Shown: positions 18,075 to 29,335 of the stretch, in pieces
Numbering within the stretch: position 1 is the stretch's first letter
How the letters are laid out: each line of letters opens with the position of its first letter
NCBI RefSeq assembly: GCF_003018115.1
Contig: NZ_CP027457.1
Length of the DNA stretch: 64,000 bases
Source: Escherichia coli
Lineage (GTDB): Bacteria; Pseudomonadota; Gammaproteobacteria; Enterobacterales; Enterobacteriaceae
Strand: one strand, 5' to 3'
Program-made: the position numbers and the translations under genes
The notes under the pieces: generated by a model
The model's input: the letters and a program-made list of their open reading frames with translations, nothing else
What the model was told of the DNA's origin: nothing
The model's database searches: none

Positions 18075-18767
18075 TTAGTTTAAGTTCACTTCTCTGACCG
18101 GGGTTACTGAACCATAATCATTAACGGTCTGAAATTTCAGCTTTCCCTGCACTCCTGAGGGTAAGGGAATTTGTGAATTAACTCTGGGTGCAGCCATAGC
18201 ATTCCCCAACTTTTGGCTGCCCACTTGTAAGTTAACCAGGGTGACATAAAAAGGTGATGGATTATGAACATTGATATAGTTACCGGATCGCGAAAACTTG
18301 AGTGTGTCCGGCGCTTCTGCGGGTAATTCTTGTAATTGAATTGGACGGAGAAATAATTTCATGCGCGATAAAATCGCCAGTTGCAAAACATTCCTGCCGT
18401 TCAATGCATTTTTATCTACCGAAGGGATCGTCTTAACATTCATCCAGAACAGAGACTCACGATCTGCTGCCAGCGGTGGACCGGTGTAAATAATACGCAA
18501 AGTATTTTCGCTTTTGGGTTCACTAACAAACAGTGGCGGTGTAATGATGAATGACTTTTCTTTTACACCGCTGCTGTTTTCAATCCACGAATTGACCAGA
18601 AAACGCTCATTGGTATGGCTATTTCTAATCCATACCGCAGTCTGTTTAGCATCAGCGGGATAAATAATACGCGTGGCACCTAATGCGATCCCTCCGGCAG
18701 CATGGGCGCTGGCCGAAATGATTAAATAAAATATAATGAGCATCAATAACTTTATTTTAGTCATCAT
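18075..18767 (-). CDS. sfmC: Periplasmic fimbrial chaperone SfmC
   Basis: 230-aa PapD-like chaperone with signal peptide. Confidence 0.9.
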   Translation of the reverse strand: MMTKIKLLMLIIFYLIISASAHAAGGIALGATRIIYPADAKQTAVWIRNSHTNERFLVNSWIENSSGVKEKSFIITPPLFVSEPKSENTLRIIYTGPPLAADRESLFWMNVKTIPSVDKNALNGRNVLQLAILSRMKLFLRPIQLQELPAEAPDTLKFSRSGNYINVHNPSPFYVTLVNLQVGSQKLGNAMAAPRVNSQIPLPSGVQGKLKFQTVNDYGSVTPVREVNLN

Positions 18768-18986
18768 AGTTAATACGCCTTGTGTATTCCTGACGGCAAA
18801 AATAAGAAATATAAAGAAATGATTGCTTTGGTTTCTTACAACACATCATTCCCTTTTCATTTAATAAAGCGGCATGATACAAAGTGAACATGATTTCGAT
18901 TTACATTGCCACCATACCGCTTCAGACAACCGGTACATTACTTTGTTATAAGACGTGGTATATAATTCAAAACAACGTGGTTTTGA

Positions 18987-19529
18987 TTATTCGTATCTCA
19001 TAATAAAAGTCGCGTCAGCATTTGCTTGCCCTGCTGATGCACTTGTACCGGTGCCTTTATAACGTGCAGAAAAATGAAGAACGTTGGTCCCGGGGATCAA
19101 GTTCTGGTTGGTTGAGAAGCTATTCCCATCAGGTTTGAGAATTGCGGATGTATTATCAAGTATTTCAATACCGACACCCGTTGCTGTTGTTGTATTGGTA
19201 CTGGATGCAATGGCCAATAAATTATCATTGATTGCATCAGCCTGACCAGAAAATGCAACGGCAGCATTAGCGGCAACAACAGGATCGCAGTCGTTCAACT
19301 GAATGGTGAATGGAATTAATGCAGAGGTATTACCAACAGCATTGAAAATATCGGTACGATATTGACCGAGTGTGACAACCTGGTCTGCCGAGTCAGTATT
19401 CACTGAACAGGCAGCATTCACCAGTTCGCCTTCAAAGTGAATTGTACCGCCATCTACAACGGCAGCATAACTACCCGTAGCGGCGAATAGTGCGGCAGCC
19501 AGCGCAGACGAAATAAATCTTAATTTCAT
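18987..19529 (-). CDS. sfmA: Fimbrial major subunit SfmA
   Basis: Signal peptide [22 protein letters not shown] and fimbrial subunit fold; start taken at internal Met of the track ORF. Confidence 0.9.
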   Translation of the reverse strand: MKLRFISSALAAALFAATGSYAAVVDGGTIHFEGELVNAACSVNTDSADQVVTLGQYRTDIFNAVGNTSALIPFTIQLNDCDPVVAANAAVAFSGQADAINDNLLAIASSTNTTTATGVGIEILDNTSAILKPDGNSFSTNQNLIPGTNVLHFSARYKGTGTSASAGQANADATFIMRYE

Positions 19530-19999
19530 ATATATTCCTTCAATCTCATTTATCGACTCCACATCCGTATATAACCGATTACTTTATTTAAGACACTGAT
19601 AGTAGTAAATTCCTTTTTATCCTCTAAGAATGTCTTAATTGAAAATATGCACTCTATTCTAAAAAATAGAGAGCCCCGTTAGATGAATACTTCCGCGCAA
19701 AATATATTCAACACAAATATAGACCTGAAGCGGTAAATTACCAGGCTGAAAATTCTTTTTATATTGTCAGGTATTTCTTAAATTATCTTAATCCTTAGAC
19801 AAGGAAATAAATCAGTTCCAGATTTACAACGCCATCATGGACGAAAAATGAAGCTTTCAATCTCAGCGACAGTGCGCCTCACCTTCGCAAGAGGTCGCTT
19901 CACGCGATAAATCTGAAACGAAACCTGACAGCGCGCCCCGCTTCTGACAAAATAGGCGCATCCCCTTCGACCTACGTAACAGATGGAATCCTCTCTCTG

Positions 20000-20866
20000 A
20001 TGGCAGCAAAGATTATTGACGGTAAAACGATTGCGCAGCAGGTGCGCTCTGAAGTTGCTCAAAAAGTTCAGGCGCGTATTGCAGCCGGACTGCGGGCACC
20101 AGGACTGGCCGTTGTGCTGGTGGGTAGTAACCCTGCATCGCAAATTTATGTCGCAAGCAAACGCAAGGCTTGTGAAGAAGTCGGGTTCGTCTCCCGCTCT
20201 TACGACCTCCCGGAAACCACCAGCGAAGCGGAGCTGCTGGAGCTTATCGATGCGCTGAATGCCGATAACACCATCGATGGCATTCTGGTTCAACTGCCGT
20301 TACCGGCGGGTATTGATAACGTCAAAGTGCTGGAACGTATACACCCGGACAAAGACGTAGACGGTTTCCATCCTTATAACGTCGGTCGCCTGTGCCAGCG
20401 CGCGCCGCGTCTGCGTCCCTGCACCCCGCGCGGTATTGTCACGCTGCTTGAGCGTTACAACATTGATACCTTCGGCCTCAACGCCGTGGTGATTGGCGCA
20501 TCGAATATCGTTGGCCGCCCGATGAGCATGGAACTGCTACTGGCAGGTTGCACCACCACCGTGACTCACCGTTTCACTAAAAATCTGCGTCACCACGTAG
20601 AAAATGCCGATCTACTGATCGTTGCCGTCGGTAAGCCAGGTTTTATTCCCGGTGACTGGATCAAAGAAGGCGCAATTGTGATTGATGTCGGCATCAACCG
20701 TCTGGAAAATGGCAAAGTTGTGGGCGACGTGGTGTTTGAAGACGCGGCTAAACGCGCCTCATACATTACGCCTGTTCCGGGCGGCGTTGGCCCGATGACG
20801 GTTGCCACGCTGATTGAAAACACGCTACAGGCGTGCGTTGAATATCATGATCCACAGGGTGAGTAA
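20000..20866 (+). CDS. folD: Bifunctional methylenetetrahydrofolate dehydrogenase / methenyl-THF cyclohydrolase
   Basis: 288-aa translation matches FolD as recalled. Confidence 0.97.
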
Positions 20867-20867
20867 C

Positions 20868-21080
20868 ATGGCGACATTTTCTTTAGGTAAACATCCGCAC
20901 GTTGAGCTGTGCGACTTGCTGAAGCTGGAAGGCTGGAGCGAAAGCGGCGCGCAGGCGAAAATCGCGATTGCCGAAGGCCAGGTGAAAGTTGATGGCGCGG
21001 TTGAAACGCGCAAACGCTGCAAAATCGTCGCCGGTCAGACAGTGAGTTTTGCAGGTCACAGCGTACAGGTTGTTGCCTGA
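20868..21080 (+). CDS. ybcJ: S4-like RNA-binding protein YbcJ (70 aa)
   Basis: MATFSLGKHPHVELCDLLKLEGWSESGAQAKIAIAEGQVKVDG...; internal start of track ORF 20814-21080. Confidence 0.8.
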   Translation: MATFSLGKHPHVELCDLLKLEGWSESGAQAKIAIAEGQVKVDGAVETRKRCKIVAGQTVSFAGHSVQVVA

Positions 21081-21187
21081 TCCCTTTCCCGGCCTGTATC
21101 AACAGGCCGGTTCTCTTTTCAGACTTTTGCCCTCTACGCCCCATTCATTCATGCTGATAGCATCGACATTTTGCCGAAGCGACCATC

Positions 21188-21709
21188 ATGCCAACCGTTA
21201 TTACGCACGCCGCCGTTCCTCTATGCATTGGTTTAGGGTTGGGTTCGAAAGTCATCCCTCCGCGCCTGTTATTTGCCGGAATCATCCTGGCGATGCTGCC
21301 CGATGCCGACGTCTTGTCGTTTAAATTTGGCATTGCTTACGGCAATGTTTTTGGTCATCGCGGGTTTACCCATTCGCTGGTGTTTGCGTTTGTTGTCCCG
21401 CTGTTATGTGTGCTGATTGGACGCCGATGGTTCAGGGCTGGGCTGATTCGCTGCTGGCTGTTTTTAACCGTCTCGTTGCTATCGCACAGCTTACTGGATT
21501 CGGTAACCACTGGCGGTAAGGGCGTTGGCTGGCTGTGGCCGTGGTCAGATGAACGCTTTTTCGCTCCCTGGCAGGTGATTAAAGTCGCGCCGTTTGCATT
21601 GTCTCGTTACACCACAGCGTACGGGCATCAGGTGATTATTTCTGAATTGATGTGGGTGTGGTTGCCGGGGATGCTACTGATGGGAATGTTGTGGTGGCGC
21701 AGACGATAA
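21188..21709 (+). CDS. ybcI: Inner-membrane protein YbcI (DUF457-type metal-dependent hydrolase-like)
   Basis: 173-aa hydrophobic protein; conserved position between ybcJ and cysS. Confidence 0.85.
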   Translation: MPTVITHAAVPLCIGLGLGSKVIPPRLLFAGIILAMLPDADVLSFKFGIAYGNVFGHRGFTHSLVFAFVVPLLCVLIGRRWFRAGLIRCWLFLTVSLLSHSLLDSVTTGGKGVGWLWPWSDERFFAPWQVIKVAPFALSRYTTAYGHQVIISELMWVWLPGMLLMGMLWWRRR

Positions 21710-21744
21710 CCGGATGCGAAAACTCGCATCCGGCAATAGCGCAA

Positions 21745-23130
21745 TTACTTACGACGCCAGGTGGTTCCTTGCGGGCCATCTTCCAGCACGATCCCCATCT
21801 CGTTAAGACGGTCACGCGCCGCATCTGCCGCCGCCCAGTCTTTCGCTTTACGGGCATCCAGACGCTGTTGAATTAACGCTTCAATCTCAGCCACTTCGCT
21901 GTCGTCTGCCTGCGCGCCGCTTTGCAGGAACGCTTCCGGTTCTTGCTCCAGCAGGCCCAATACAGCGGAAAGTTTACGCAGGTGAGATGCCATTGCATTC
22001 GCCGCTGCCATATCTTCTGCTTTCAGACGGTTCACTTCACGCGCCATATCAAACAGCACGGAATAGGCTTCCGGGGTGTTAAAATCGTCGTCCATCGCTT
22101 CAATAAAGCGCGCTTCAAACGCTTCACCACCGGCAGGGGCAACAGATTTATCCGTACCGCGCAGCGCAGTGTAGAGACGCTCCAGCGCCGCACGCGCCTG
22201 CTTCAGGTTCTCTTCGCTGTAGTTCAGTTGGCTGCGATAGTGGCCCGACATCAGGAAGTAACGCACGGTTTCCGCGTCGTAGTATTTCAGCACATCACGC
22301 ACGGTGAAGAAGTTACCCAGCGATTTGGACATCTTCTCGCGGTCAACCATCACCATCCCGGAGTGCATCCAGTAGTTCACATACTGGCCATCATGCGCAC
22401 AGGTGGACTGAGCGATTTCGTTCTCGTGGTGCGGGAACATCAGGTCTGAACCGCCGCCGTGGATATCAAAGTGGTTACCCAGCTGCTTGCAGTTCATTGC
22501 CGAACATTCAATGTGCCAGCCTGGACGGCCCGCGCCCCACGGAGACGGCCAGCTCGGTTCGCCCTCTTTCGACATCTTCCACAGAACGAAGTCCATCGGG
22601 TTGCGTTTGTCATCAACCACGTCAACGCGCGCGCCTGCCTGCAGCTGGTCGAGATCCTGACGCGACAGCACGCCATAAGTTGGATCGGTCGGGACGTCGA
22701 ACATCACGTCGCCGTTGTCCGCCACATAAGCGTGACCTTTGGCGATCAGTTGTTCAGTGAGTTCAATAATTTCTGCGATATGGTGCGTCGCGCGCGGCTC
22801 CATATCCGGGCGCAGAATGTTCAACGCATCAAAATCTTTGTGCATTTCGGCGATCATGCGATCCACCAGCGCCACAAAGCTTTCGCCATTTTCATTGGCG
22901 CGTTTGATGATTTTGTCGTCGATATCGGTAATGTTGCGCACATACTTCAGCTTATAGCCGAGGAAACGCAGATAGCGCGCAACCACGTCAAAAGCAACAA
23001 AGGTACGCCCGTGACCGATATGACAGAGATCGTAAACGGTGATTCCACACACGTACATGCCGACTTCCCCGGCGTGAATAGGCTTAAATTCCTCTTTTTG
23101 GCGTGTCAGAGTATTGAAGATTTTTAGCAT
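21745..23130 (-). CDS. cysS: Cysteine--tRNA ligase
   Basis: 461 aa with class I motifs HIGH (CHIGHGR) and KMSKS. Confidence 0.97.
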   Translation of the reverse strand: MLKIFNTLTRQKEEFKPIHAGEVGMYVCGITVYDLCHIGHGRTFVAFDVVARYLRFLGYKLKYVRNITDIDDKIIKRANENGESFVALVDRMIAEMHKDFDALNILRPDMEPRATHHIAEIIELTEQLIAKGHAYVADNGDVMFDVPTDPTYGVLSRQDLDQLQAGARVDVVDDKRNPMDFVLWKMSKEGEPSWPSPWGAGRPGWHIECSAMNCKQLGNHFDIHGGGSDLMFPHHENEIAQSTCAHDGQYVNYWMHSGMVMVDREKMSKSLGNFFTVRDVLKYYDAETVRYFLMSGHYRSQLNYSEENLKQARAALERLYTALRGTDKSVAPAGGEAFEARFIEAMDDDFNTPEAYSVLFDMAREVNRLKAEDMAAANAMASHLRKLSAVLGLLEQEPEAFLQSGAQADDSEVAEIEALIQQRLDARKAKDWAAADAARDRLNEMGIVLEDGPQGTTWRRK

Positions 23131-23303
23131 CGAAGATTCCGTTTAGACATGTGTGGGTAATTGAGTTGCGTATAATACCCATATTTCCCGCGCGAATCAG
23201 CATACATTGCGTGATGATCCGATCGTGCGGTTATGCTATAACACCACCCTATATATGACCCGAACTGGGTTGAAGCACCAATCAAACGGAACAGGATGCA
23301 AAA

Positions 23304-23798
23304 ATGGTTACTTTCCACACCAATCACGGCGATATTGTCATCAAAACTTTTGACGATAAAGCACCTGAAACAGTTAAAAACTTCCTGGACTACTGCCGCG
23401 AAGGTTTTTACAACAACACCATTTTCCACCGTGTTATCAACGGCTTTATGATTCAGGGCGGTGGTTTTGAACCGGGCATGAAACAAAAAGCCACCAAAGA
23501 ACCGATCAAAAACGAAGCCAACAACGGTCTGAAAAATACCCGTGGTACGCTGGCAATGGCCCGTACTCAGGCTCCGCACTCTGCAACTGCACAGTTCTTC
23601 ATCAACGTGGTTGATAACGACTTCCTGAACTTCTCTGGCGAAAGCCTGCAAGGTTGGGGCTACTGCGTGTTTGCTGAAGTGGTTGAAGGCATGGACGTGG
23701 TAGACAAAATCAAAGGTGTTGCAACCGGTCGTAGCGGTATGCACCAGGACGTGCCAAAAGAAGACGTTATCATTGAAAGCGTGACCGTTAGCGAGTAA
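23304..23798 (+). CDS. ppiB: Peptidyl-prolyl cis-trans isomerase B (cyclophilin)
   Basis: 164-aa cyclophilin ([36 protein letters not shown]...). Confidence 0.97.
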   Translation: MVTFHTNHGDIVIKTFDDKAPETVKNFLDYCREGFYNNTIFHRVINGFMIQGGGFEPGMKQKATKEPIKNEANNGLKNTRGTLAMARTQAPHSATAQFFINVVDNDFLNFSGESLQGWGYCVFAEVVEGMDVVDKIKGVATGRSGMHQDVPKEDVIIESVTVSE

Positions 23799-23800
23799 TC

Positions 23801-24523
23801 GTGGCGACACTCTTTATTGCAGATCTTCATCTCTGCGTGGAAGAACCGGCGATCACCGCCGGTTTTCTGCGTTTTTTAGCGGGGGAAGCTCGCAAGGCCG
23901 ACGCGCTGTATATTCTTGGCGATCTGTTTGAAGCGTGGATTGGCGACGACGATCCCAACCCACTCCATCGCCAGATGGCGGCAGCGATCAAAGCGGTGTC
24001 CGATTCCGGCGTTCCCTGTTATTTCATTCATGGCAACCGTGATTTTCTGCTCGGCAAACGCTTTGCCCGTGAAAGCGGCATGACGTTATTGCCGGAAGAA
24101 AAGGTGCTCGAACTTTATGGTCGTCGGGTGCTGATTATGCATGGCGACACGCTGTGCACCGATGACGCGGGTTATCAGGCTTTTCGCACCAAAGTCCACA
24201 AACCCTGGCTGCAAACGCTATTCCTCGCTCTGCCGTTGTTTGTGCGCAAACGCATTGCCGCGCGAATGCGCGCGAACAGTAAAGAAGCCAACAGCAGTAA
24301 ATCGCTGGCGATCATGGACGTTAACCAAAACGCGGTGGTCAGTGCGATGGAAAAACATCAGGTGCAATGGCTGATCCACGGGCATACCCATCGCCCGGCG
24401 GTACATGAACTTATCGCCAATCAGCAACCTGCTTTTCGCGTGGTACTGGGTGCCTGGCATACGGAAGGTTCGATGGTGAAAGTCACGGCGGATGACGTTG
24501 AGCTGATTCATTTTCCGTTTTAA
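23801..24523 (+). CDS. lpxH: UDP-2,3-diacylglucosamine hydrolase
   Basis: 240-aa calcineurin-like phosphoesterase matching LpxH as recalled. Confidence 0.95.
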   Translation: MATLFIADLHLCVEEPAITAGFLRFLAGEARKADALYILGDLFEAWIGDDDPNPLHRQMAAAIKAVSDSGVPCYFIHGNRDFLLGKRFARESGMTLLPEEKVLELYGRRVLIMHGDTLCTDDAGYQAFRTKVHKPWLQTLFLALPLFVRKRIAARMRANSKEANSSKSLAIMDVNQNAVVSAMEKHQVQWLIHGHTHRPAVHELIANQQPAFRVVLGAWHTEGSMVKVTADDVELIHFPF

Positions 24524-24640
24524 AAAACCCGCAACTTTGCTGATTTCATAGCCACGCAACCGTTTTCCTTGCTCTCTTTCCGTGCTATTCTCTGTGCCCT
24601 CTAAAGCCGAGAGTTGTGCACCACAGGAGTTTTAAGACGC

Positions 24641-25150
24641 ATGTCTTCCCGCAATAATCCGGCGCGTGTCGCCATCGTGATGGGGTCCAAAAGCGACTGG
24701 GCTACCATGCAGTTCGCCGCCGAAATCTTCGAAATCCTGAATGTCCCGCACCACGTTGAAGTGGTTTCTGCTCACCGCACCCCCGATAAACTGTTCAGCT
24801 TCGCCGAAAGCGCCGAAGAGAACGGTTATCAGGTGATTATTGCGGGCGCAGGCGGCGCAGCGCACCTGCCAGGTATGATTGCCGCCAAAACGCTGGTGCC
24901 AGTGCTGGGCGTGCCAGTACAGAGCGCCGCACTGAGCGGTGTCGATAGCCTCTACTCCATCGTACAAATGCCACGCGGCATTCCGGTGGGTACGCTGGCG
25001 ATTGGTAAAGCTGGCGCGGCAAACGCGGCATTACTGGCAGCACAAATTCTTGCGACTCATGATAAAGAACTGCACCAGCGTCTGAATGACTGGCGCAAAG
25101 CACAAACTGATGAAGTGCTGGAAAACCCGGACCCGCGAGGTGCGGCATGA
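24641..25150 (+). CDS. purE: N5-carboxyaminoimidazole ribonucleotide mutase
   Basis: Translation from [20 protein letters not shown]... matches PurE as recalled; internal start of the track ORF. Confidence 0.95.
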   Translation: MSSRNNPARVAIVMGSKSDWATMQFAAEIFEILNVPHHVEVVSAHRTPDKLFSFAESAEENGYQVIIAGAGGAAHLPGMIAAKTLVPVLGVPVQSAALSGVDSLYSIVQMPRGIPVGTLAIGKAGAANAALLAAQILATHDKELHQRLNDWRKAQTDEVLENPDPRGAA

Positions 25151-26214
25151 AACAGGTTTGCGTCCTCGGTAACGGGCAGTTAGGCCGTATGCTGCGTCAG
25201 GCAGGCGAACCGTTAGGCATTGCTGTCTGGCCGGTCGGGCTGGACGCTGAACCGGCGGCGGTGCCTTTTCAACAAAGCGTGATTACCGCTGAGATCGAAC
25301 GTTGGCCGGAAACCGCATTAACCCGCGAGCTGGCGCGCCATCCGGCCTTTGTGAACCGCGATGTGTTCCCGATTATTGCCGACCGTCTGACTCAGAAGCA
25401 GCTTTTCGATAAGCTCCACCTGCCGACCGCACCGTGGCAGTTACTTGCCGATCGCAGCGAGTGGCCTGCGGTGTTTGATCGTTTAGGTGAGCTGGCGATT
25501 GTTAAGCGTCGCACTGGTGGCTATGACGGACGCGGTCAATGGCGTTTACGCGCCGATGAAACCGAACAGTTACCGGAAGAGTGTTACGGCGAATGTATTG
25601 TCGAGCAAGGCATTAACTTCTCTGGTGAAGTATCGCTGGTTGGCGCGCGCGGCTTTGATGGCAGCACCGTGTTTTATCCGCTGACGCATAACCTGCATCA
25701 GGACGGTATTTTGCGCACCAGCGTCGCTTTTCCGCAGGCCAATGCGCAGCAGCAAGCGCAAGCCGAAGAGATGCTGTCGGCGATTATGCAGGAGCTGGGC
25801 TATGTGGGCGTGATGGCGATGGAGTGTTTTGTCACCCCGCAAGGTCTGCTGATCAACGAACTGGCACCGCGTGTGCATAACAGCGGTCACTGGACACAAA
25901 ACGGTGCCAGCATCAGCCAGTTTGAGCTACATCTGCGGGCGATTACCGCTCTGCCGTTACCGCAACCGATAGTGAATAGTCCGTCGGTGATGATCAACCT
26001 GATTGGTAGCGATGTGAATTATGACTGGCTGAAATTGCCGCTGGTGCATCTGCACTGGTACGACAAAGAAGTCCGTCCGGGGCGTAAAGTGGGGCATCTG
26101 AATTTAACCGACAGCGACACATCGCGTCTGACCGCGACGCTGGAAGCCTTAATCCCGCTGCTGCCGCCAGAGTATGCCAGCGGCGTGATGTGGGCGCAGA
26201 GTAAGTTCAGTTAA
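25147..26214 (+). CDS. purK: N5-carboxyaminoimidazole ribonucleotide synthase
   Basis: 355-aa ATP-grasp protein; 4-nt overlap with purE. Confidence 0.95.
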   Translation: MKQVCVLGNGQLGRMLRQAGEPLGIAVWPVGLDAEPAAVPFQQSVITAEIERWPETALTRELARHPAFVNRDVFPIIADRLTQKQLFDKLHLPTAPWQLLADRSEWPAVFDRLGELAIVKRRTGGYDGRGQWRLRADETEQLPEECYGECIVEQGINFSGEVSLVGARGFDGSTVFYPLTHNLHQDGILRTSVAFPQANAQQQAQAEEMLSAIMQELGYVGVMAMECFVTPQGLLINELAPRVHNSGHWTQNGASISQFELHLRAITALPLPQPIVNSPSVMINLIGSDVNYDWLKLPLVHLHWYDKEVRPGRKVGHLNLTDSDTSRLTATLEALIPLLPPEYASGVMWAQSKFS

Positions 26215-26232
26215 GCAGGTGCTCATTTGATT

Positions 26233-26319
26233 GCCGGATGCGGCGTAAACGCCTTATCCGGCTTACCGCTCCGATACCCATTGTAGGCCTGATAAGACGC
26301 GTCAAGCGTCGCATCAGGC
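26233..26319. repeat. REP/BIME elements (GCCGGATGCGGCGTAAACGCCTTATCCGGC and AGGCCTGATAAGACGCGTCAAGCGTCGCATCAGGC)
   Basis: Palindromic REP consensus-like units between convergent purK and ybcF. Confidence 0.6.
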
Positions 26320-26350
26320 ATGGTGCACCGATTGCTGGATGCTCTCATCA

Positions 26351-27244
26351 CTACAGCGAAATACAGGTCCCCGCTTCGCCCGCCAGCGTCTCTTCAATTC
26401 GCGATAACGCCCCAATCCACGCGGGTTTACCACGGCTTCTGACATAACCACTCACCGCCGTTACCTTCGGCCCCATCGAACCATCGGCTTTGGCAAATGG
26501 CGCTAACTCATCCGGTGTGGCATGGCGAATGGCACGTTGCTGCGGCGTTCCCCAGTTTTCATATACCGCATCAGCATCGGTGAGGATCACCAGCCCATCG
26601 GCGTTAATCTGCTCGGCGAGCAACGCAGCGGCGAGATCTTTATCAATCACTGCTTCACTCCCTGCCCCGTCTTCCGTCACAGGCACACCGCCGCCGCCAC
26701 TGCAAATCACCACATGCCCCTCTTTGAGCAACAACTCGATGGCTTCGCTGTCGAGAATTTTACGCGGTTGCGGAGACGCCACCACCCGGCGCAAATATTT
26801 ACCATCACGTTTCATCTGCCAGCCGTAAGCCGCTTCCAGTGCCTCTTGTTCTTCTGGCTGATAAACCGGACCAATAAATTTCTCTGGCTGCAAAAACGCC
26901 GGATCATCAGGCGAAACCTCAATGCGCGTCAGCACCGTCGTAACAGGCGGCATCTGCGGCTGTGCGCTCAAGCTCTGCGCCAGCATATAGCCAATCATCC
27001 CCTGACTTTCTGCCACCAGCACATCCAGCGGATACGGTTCTACCTCTTTCCACGCCAGATTCTGTAACGCCAGCAGCCCCACCTGCGGTCCGTTGCCGTG
27101 AACAATCGCCAGTCGATAAGAACGGGCCAGGCGCGCCAGCGCGGGGACAGCACTGGCGATATTGCGATATTGATTTTCCGCCGTCAGCGCCTCACCGCGC
27201 TGGAGTAAGGCGTTGCCCCCAAGAGCTACAACCAGTGTTTTCAT
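26351..27244 (-). CDS. ybcF: Carbamate kinase-like protein
   Basis: 297-aa amino-acid-kinase fold ([18 protein letters not shown]...). Confidence 0.9.
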   Translation of the reverse strand: MKTLVVALGGNALLQRGEALTAENQYRNIASAVPALARLARSYRLAIVHGNGPQVGLLALQNLAWKEVEPYPLDVLVAESQGMIGYMLAQSLSAQPQMPPVTTVLTRIEVSPDDPAFLQPEKFIGPVYQPEEQEALEAAYGWQMKRDGKYLRRVVASPQPRKILDSEAIELLLKEGHVVICSGGGGVPVTEDGAGSEAVIDKDLAAALLAEQINADGLVILTDADAVYENWGTPQQRAIRHATPDELAPFAKADGSMGPKVTAVSGYVRSRGKPAWIGALSRIEETLAGEAGTCISL

Positions 27245-28056
27245 GGTTTTCCTTGTAATAATTGTTGACCAAGCCAGAACCCCAGCAGTGTATCTGCCCC
27301 TGACGTATGCCCCAGCGCCAGCAGCGAATCAATCGCAACAGCGGTACGTTTCGGGCAACTCAGAGCATGAACAAAGTGCAGGAGTGGCGAGGCGAAATAT
27401 CCTTGCGCGGCATAACGTAAATAACTGACGCTCACCGCTGTGGTAACGAGTTGCAGATTGTCGGAACAGGCAAAAAACGGACGACCGGAGCGCGCATCTA
27501 AAGCGCCATAATACCAGGCCGCCAGCAGCATTCCGCTCAGCGTGTCATCATGACTCGGCGTTAATCCGGGGCCTTTACCCAGCCAGTGCCGCCAGTCGGT
27601 CTTAACGCCATTGAGCGCGGCCTGAAAACAGTGACGAAACTGGCGTAATTCAGCAGGCAGCGGATCGCTTGCCGCCAACACCAGTGGCCCGAAAAGCCCG
27701 GTTTCCTCCGCGCGTTGCATCCATGCAGCTACAAGCGGTTGAGGATGCGCAGGCGGCGTAATACGCAGCAAACAATAACGCTGTGGCTGTTTAACCGTGA
27801 AACGCCCGAGGCGAATCCCTTGAGCCACAACCTGTGGTCGTTCATTGCCGCATAATCCACCGCATAACGCATCGAATTGCGCACGGCGAAGCACCCATCC
27901 TCCGGGGCCGAAACCACTACCCTGACGATGCAGCGTTAACAGTTCGCCGCTTTCCGTCATCAGGTTAATCGCCCGCCGCCACACTCCCGCTAACCGCCAG
28001 GACTGGCGATAATTCGGTGCGCTACTACTGGCAAGCAGAGGATGGATGATCGTCAT
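27241..28056 (-). CDS. ylbF: DUF2877-family protein YlbF
   Basis: Translation from [12 protein letters not shown]...; conserved position; 4-nt overlap with ybcF. Confidence 0.8.
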   Translation of the reverse strand: MTIIHPLLASSSAPNYRQSWRLAGVWRRAINLMTESGELLTLHRQGSGFGPGGWVLRRAQFDALCGGLCGNERPQVVAQGIRLGRFTVKQPQRYCLLRITPPAHPQPLVAAWMQRAEETGLFGPLVLAASDPLPAELRQFRHCFQAALNGVKTDWRHWLGKGPGLTPSHDDTLSGMLLAAWYYGALDARSGRPFFACSDNLQLVTTAVSVSYLRYAAQGYFASPLLHFVHALSCPKRTAVAIDSLLALGHTSGADTLLGFWLGQQLLQGKP

Positions 28057-28066
28057 TGCGCGTTCC

Positions 28067-29326
28067 TCAACCAATACCCATGCTTTCAGCCAGTGCTTCC
28101 AGCGCCTGTTCAAAGCACGCCAGCGGTGCCCGCACGGTGCCTGCGCCAATCTGCCCGATCCCCGCCTCTTTATGGGCGATACCGGTATTGATGAGTGGCG
28201 TAATGCCGGTTTCTACCACGCGACGAATGTCCAGTCCCAGGCACGCGCCCTGAAAATCCCAGCTTGGGATCTGCAACTGCATATTGCGTTCAAGGTAAAT
28301 TTCCGCCATCTCTTCAGATACCGCCCTGGCCGCTTCCATGCCACCCGCACCGACAAAGCGCGTTACGCCAGGCGCTGCGATCATTGCCGCACCTCCGATA
28401 CCAAAGGTTTCGGTAATCGCGCTATCGCCCATATCCGGGTTCGCCTGCTCCTGCGAGAAGCCGGTGAAAAACAGACCTTGCGGAGTGTTTACAGGCGCAG
28501 TAAACCAGCGTTCACCCAGCCCGCTTACCCGAATCCCGAACATATTGCCGTTGCGGGTCATTGCCGTGACGATGCTGCCTGCGCGGATCATCGCGCCAGC
28601 ATCCATCACCGCCTTGCAGTAAGCCATCGCGAGGTTGAGGAAGAACTGATCGGTCACGCTGAGGAAATCCATCACTTCCGCGATGTGCTGTTTATCATGA
28701 TCGAGGCGAGCAATTTGTGGGGCCAGCGCACGCATTAACAGTGCTGAGGAAGCAATATTGCGTTGATGGAACTCATCGCCCATGGTAATGCCCTGCGCCA
28801 TCATCGCAGTAAGATCGATACCGCGCTCCATGCGCCCCAGCGCCGCGCTTAATACTGGCATTAACACATCGCGCATCCAGCGATGGCGAGTCAGGACATC
28901 TTCGCCGTAAGCGCCAAAACGCATCACTTTGCCGATACCTTCGTTGAGGTTGCAGTACGCCCGGTTGCCGTCGGTCACGTTCTCGACCACCAGCATCGGC
29001 ATACTGGCAGAAGTAATACCGCCCATTGGCCCGACGGCATTCACATGGTGACAAGGAATGAAGTTCACTTCCCCCTGCTCCAGTATTGCCAGCGCCTGCG
29101 CTTCATCTTTCGCCCAACCTTCGAACAGACATGCGCCCACGCACGCCCCTTTCATGGGTCCGGTCATCTCCTGCCAGCGCATTGGCGGCCCGGCGTGAAG
29201 CAGTGTTTTGCCCGGGTGTAGTTCGCTGATAAGTGAAGAAGCCGGTTGCACATCCAGCCAGTGTGGACGAGCGCGACGAATTTGTTCGATAACCGCAGCA
29301 TTGGCTTGCGCCACTGATGTAAACAT
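28067..29326 (-). CDS. ylbE: DUF1116-family protein YlbE (intact 419-aa form)
   Basis: Uninterrupted ORF of 419 aa in the conserved position. Confidence 0.85.
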   Translation of the reverse strand: MFTSVAQANAAVIEQIRRARPHWLDVQPASSLISELHPGKTLLHAGPPMRWQEMTGPMKGACVGACLFEGWAKDEAQALAILEQGEVNFIPCHHVNAVGPMGGITSASMPMLVVENVTDGNRAYCNLNEGIGKVMRFGAYGEDVLTRHRWMRDVLMPVLSAALGRMERGIDLTAMMAQGITMGDEFHQRNIASSALLMRALAPQIARLDHDKQHIAEVMDFLSVTDQFFLNLAMAYCKAVMDAGAMIRAGSIVTAMTRNGNMFGIRVSGLGERWFTAPVNTPQGLFFTGFSQEQANPDMGDSAITETFGIGGAAMIAAPGVTRFVGAGGMEAARAVSEEMAEIYLERNMQLQIPSWDFQGACLGLDIRRVVETGITPLINTGIAHKEAGIGQIGAGTVRAPLACFEQALEALAESMGIG

Positions 29327-29335
29327 GGGAACCCC

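Noticed and set aside
19835-20293. 152-aa minus-strand ORF overlapping the folD 5' region
   Set aside because: Overlaps the strongly supported folD gene and its promoter region; no recognisable domain.
22459-23810. Long antisense ORFs opposite cysS and ppiB (222 aa plus strand, 228 aa minus strand)
   Set aside because: Fully overlap well-supported conserved genes on the other strand; compositionally skewed translations typical of shadow frames.
28046-28738. 230-aa plus-strand ORF
   Set aside because: Antisense to ylbE; Arg/His-rich low-complexity translation; no independent support.
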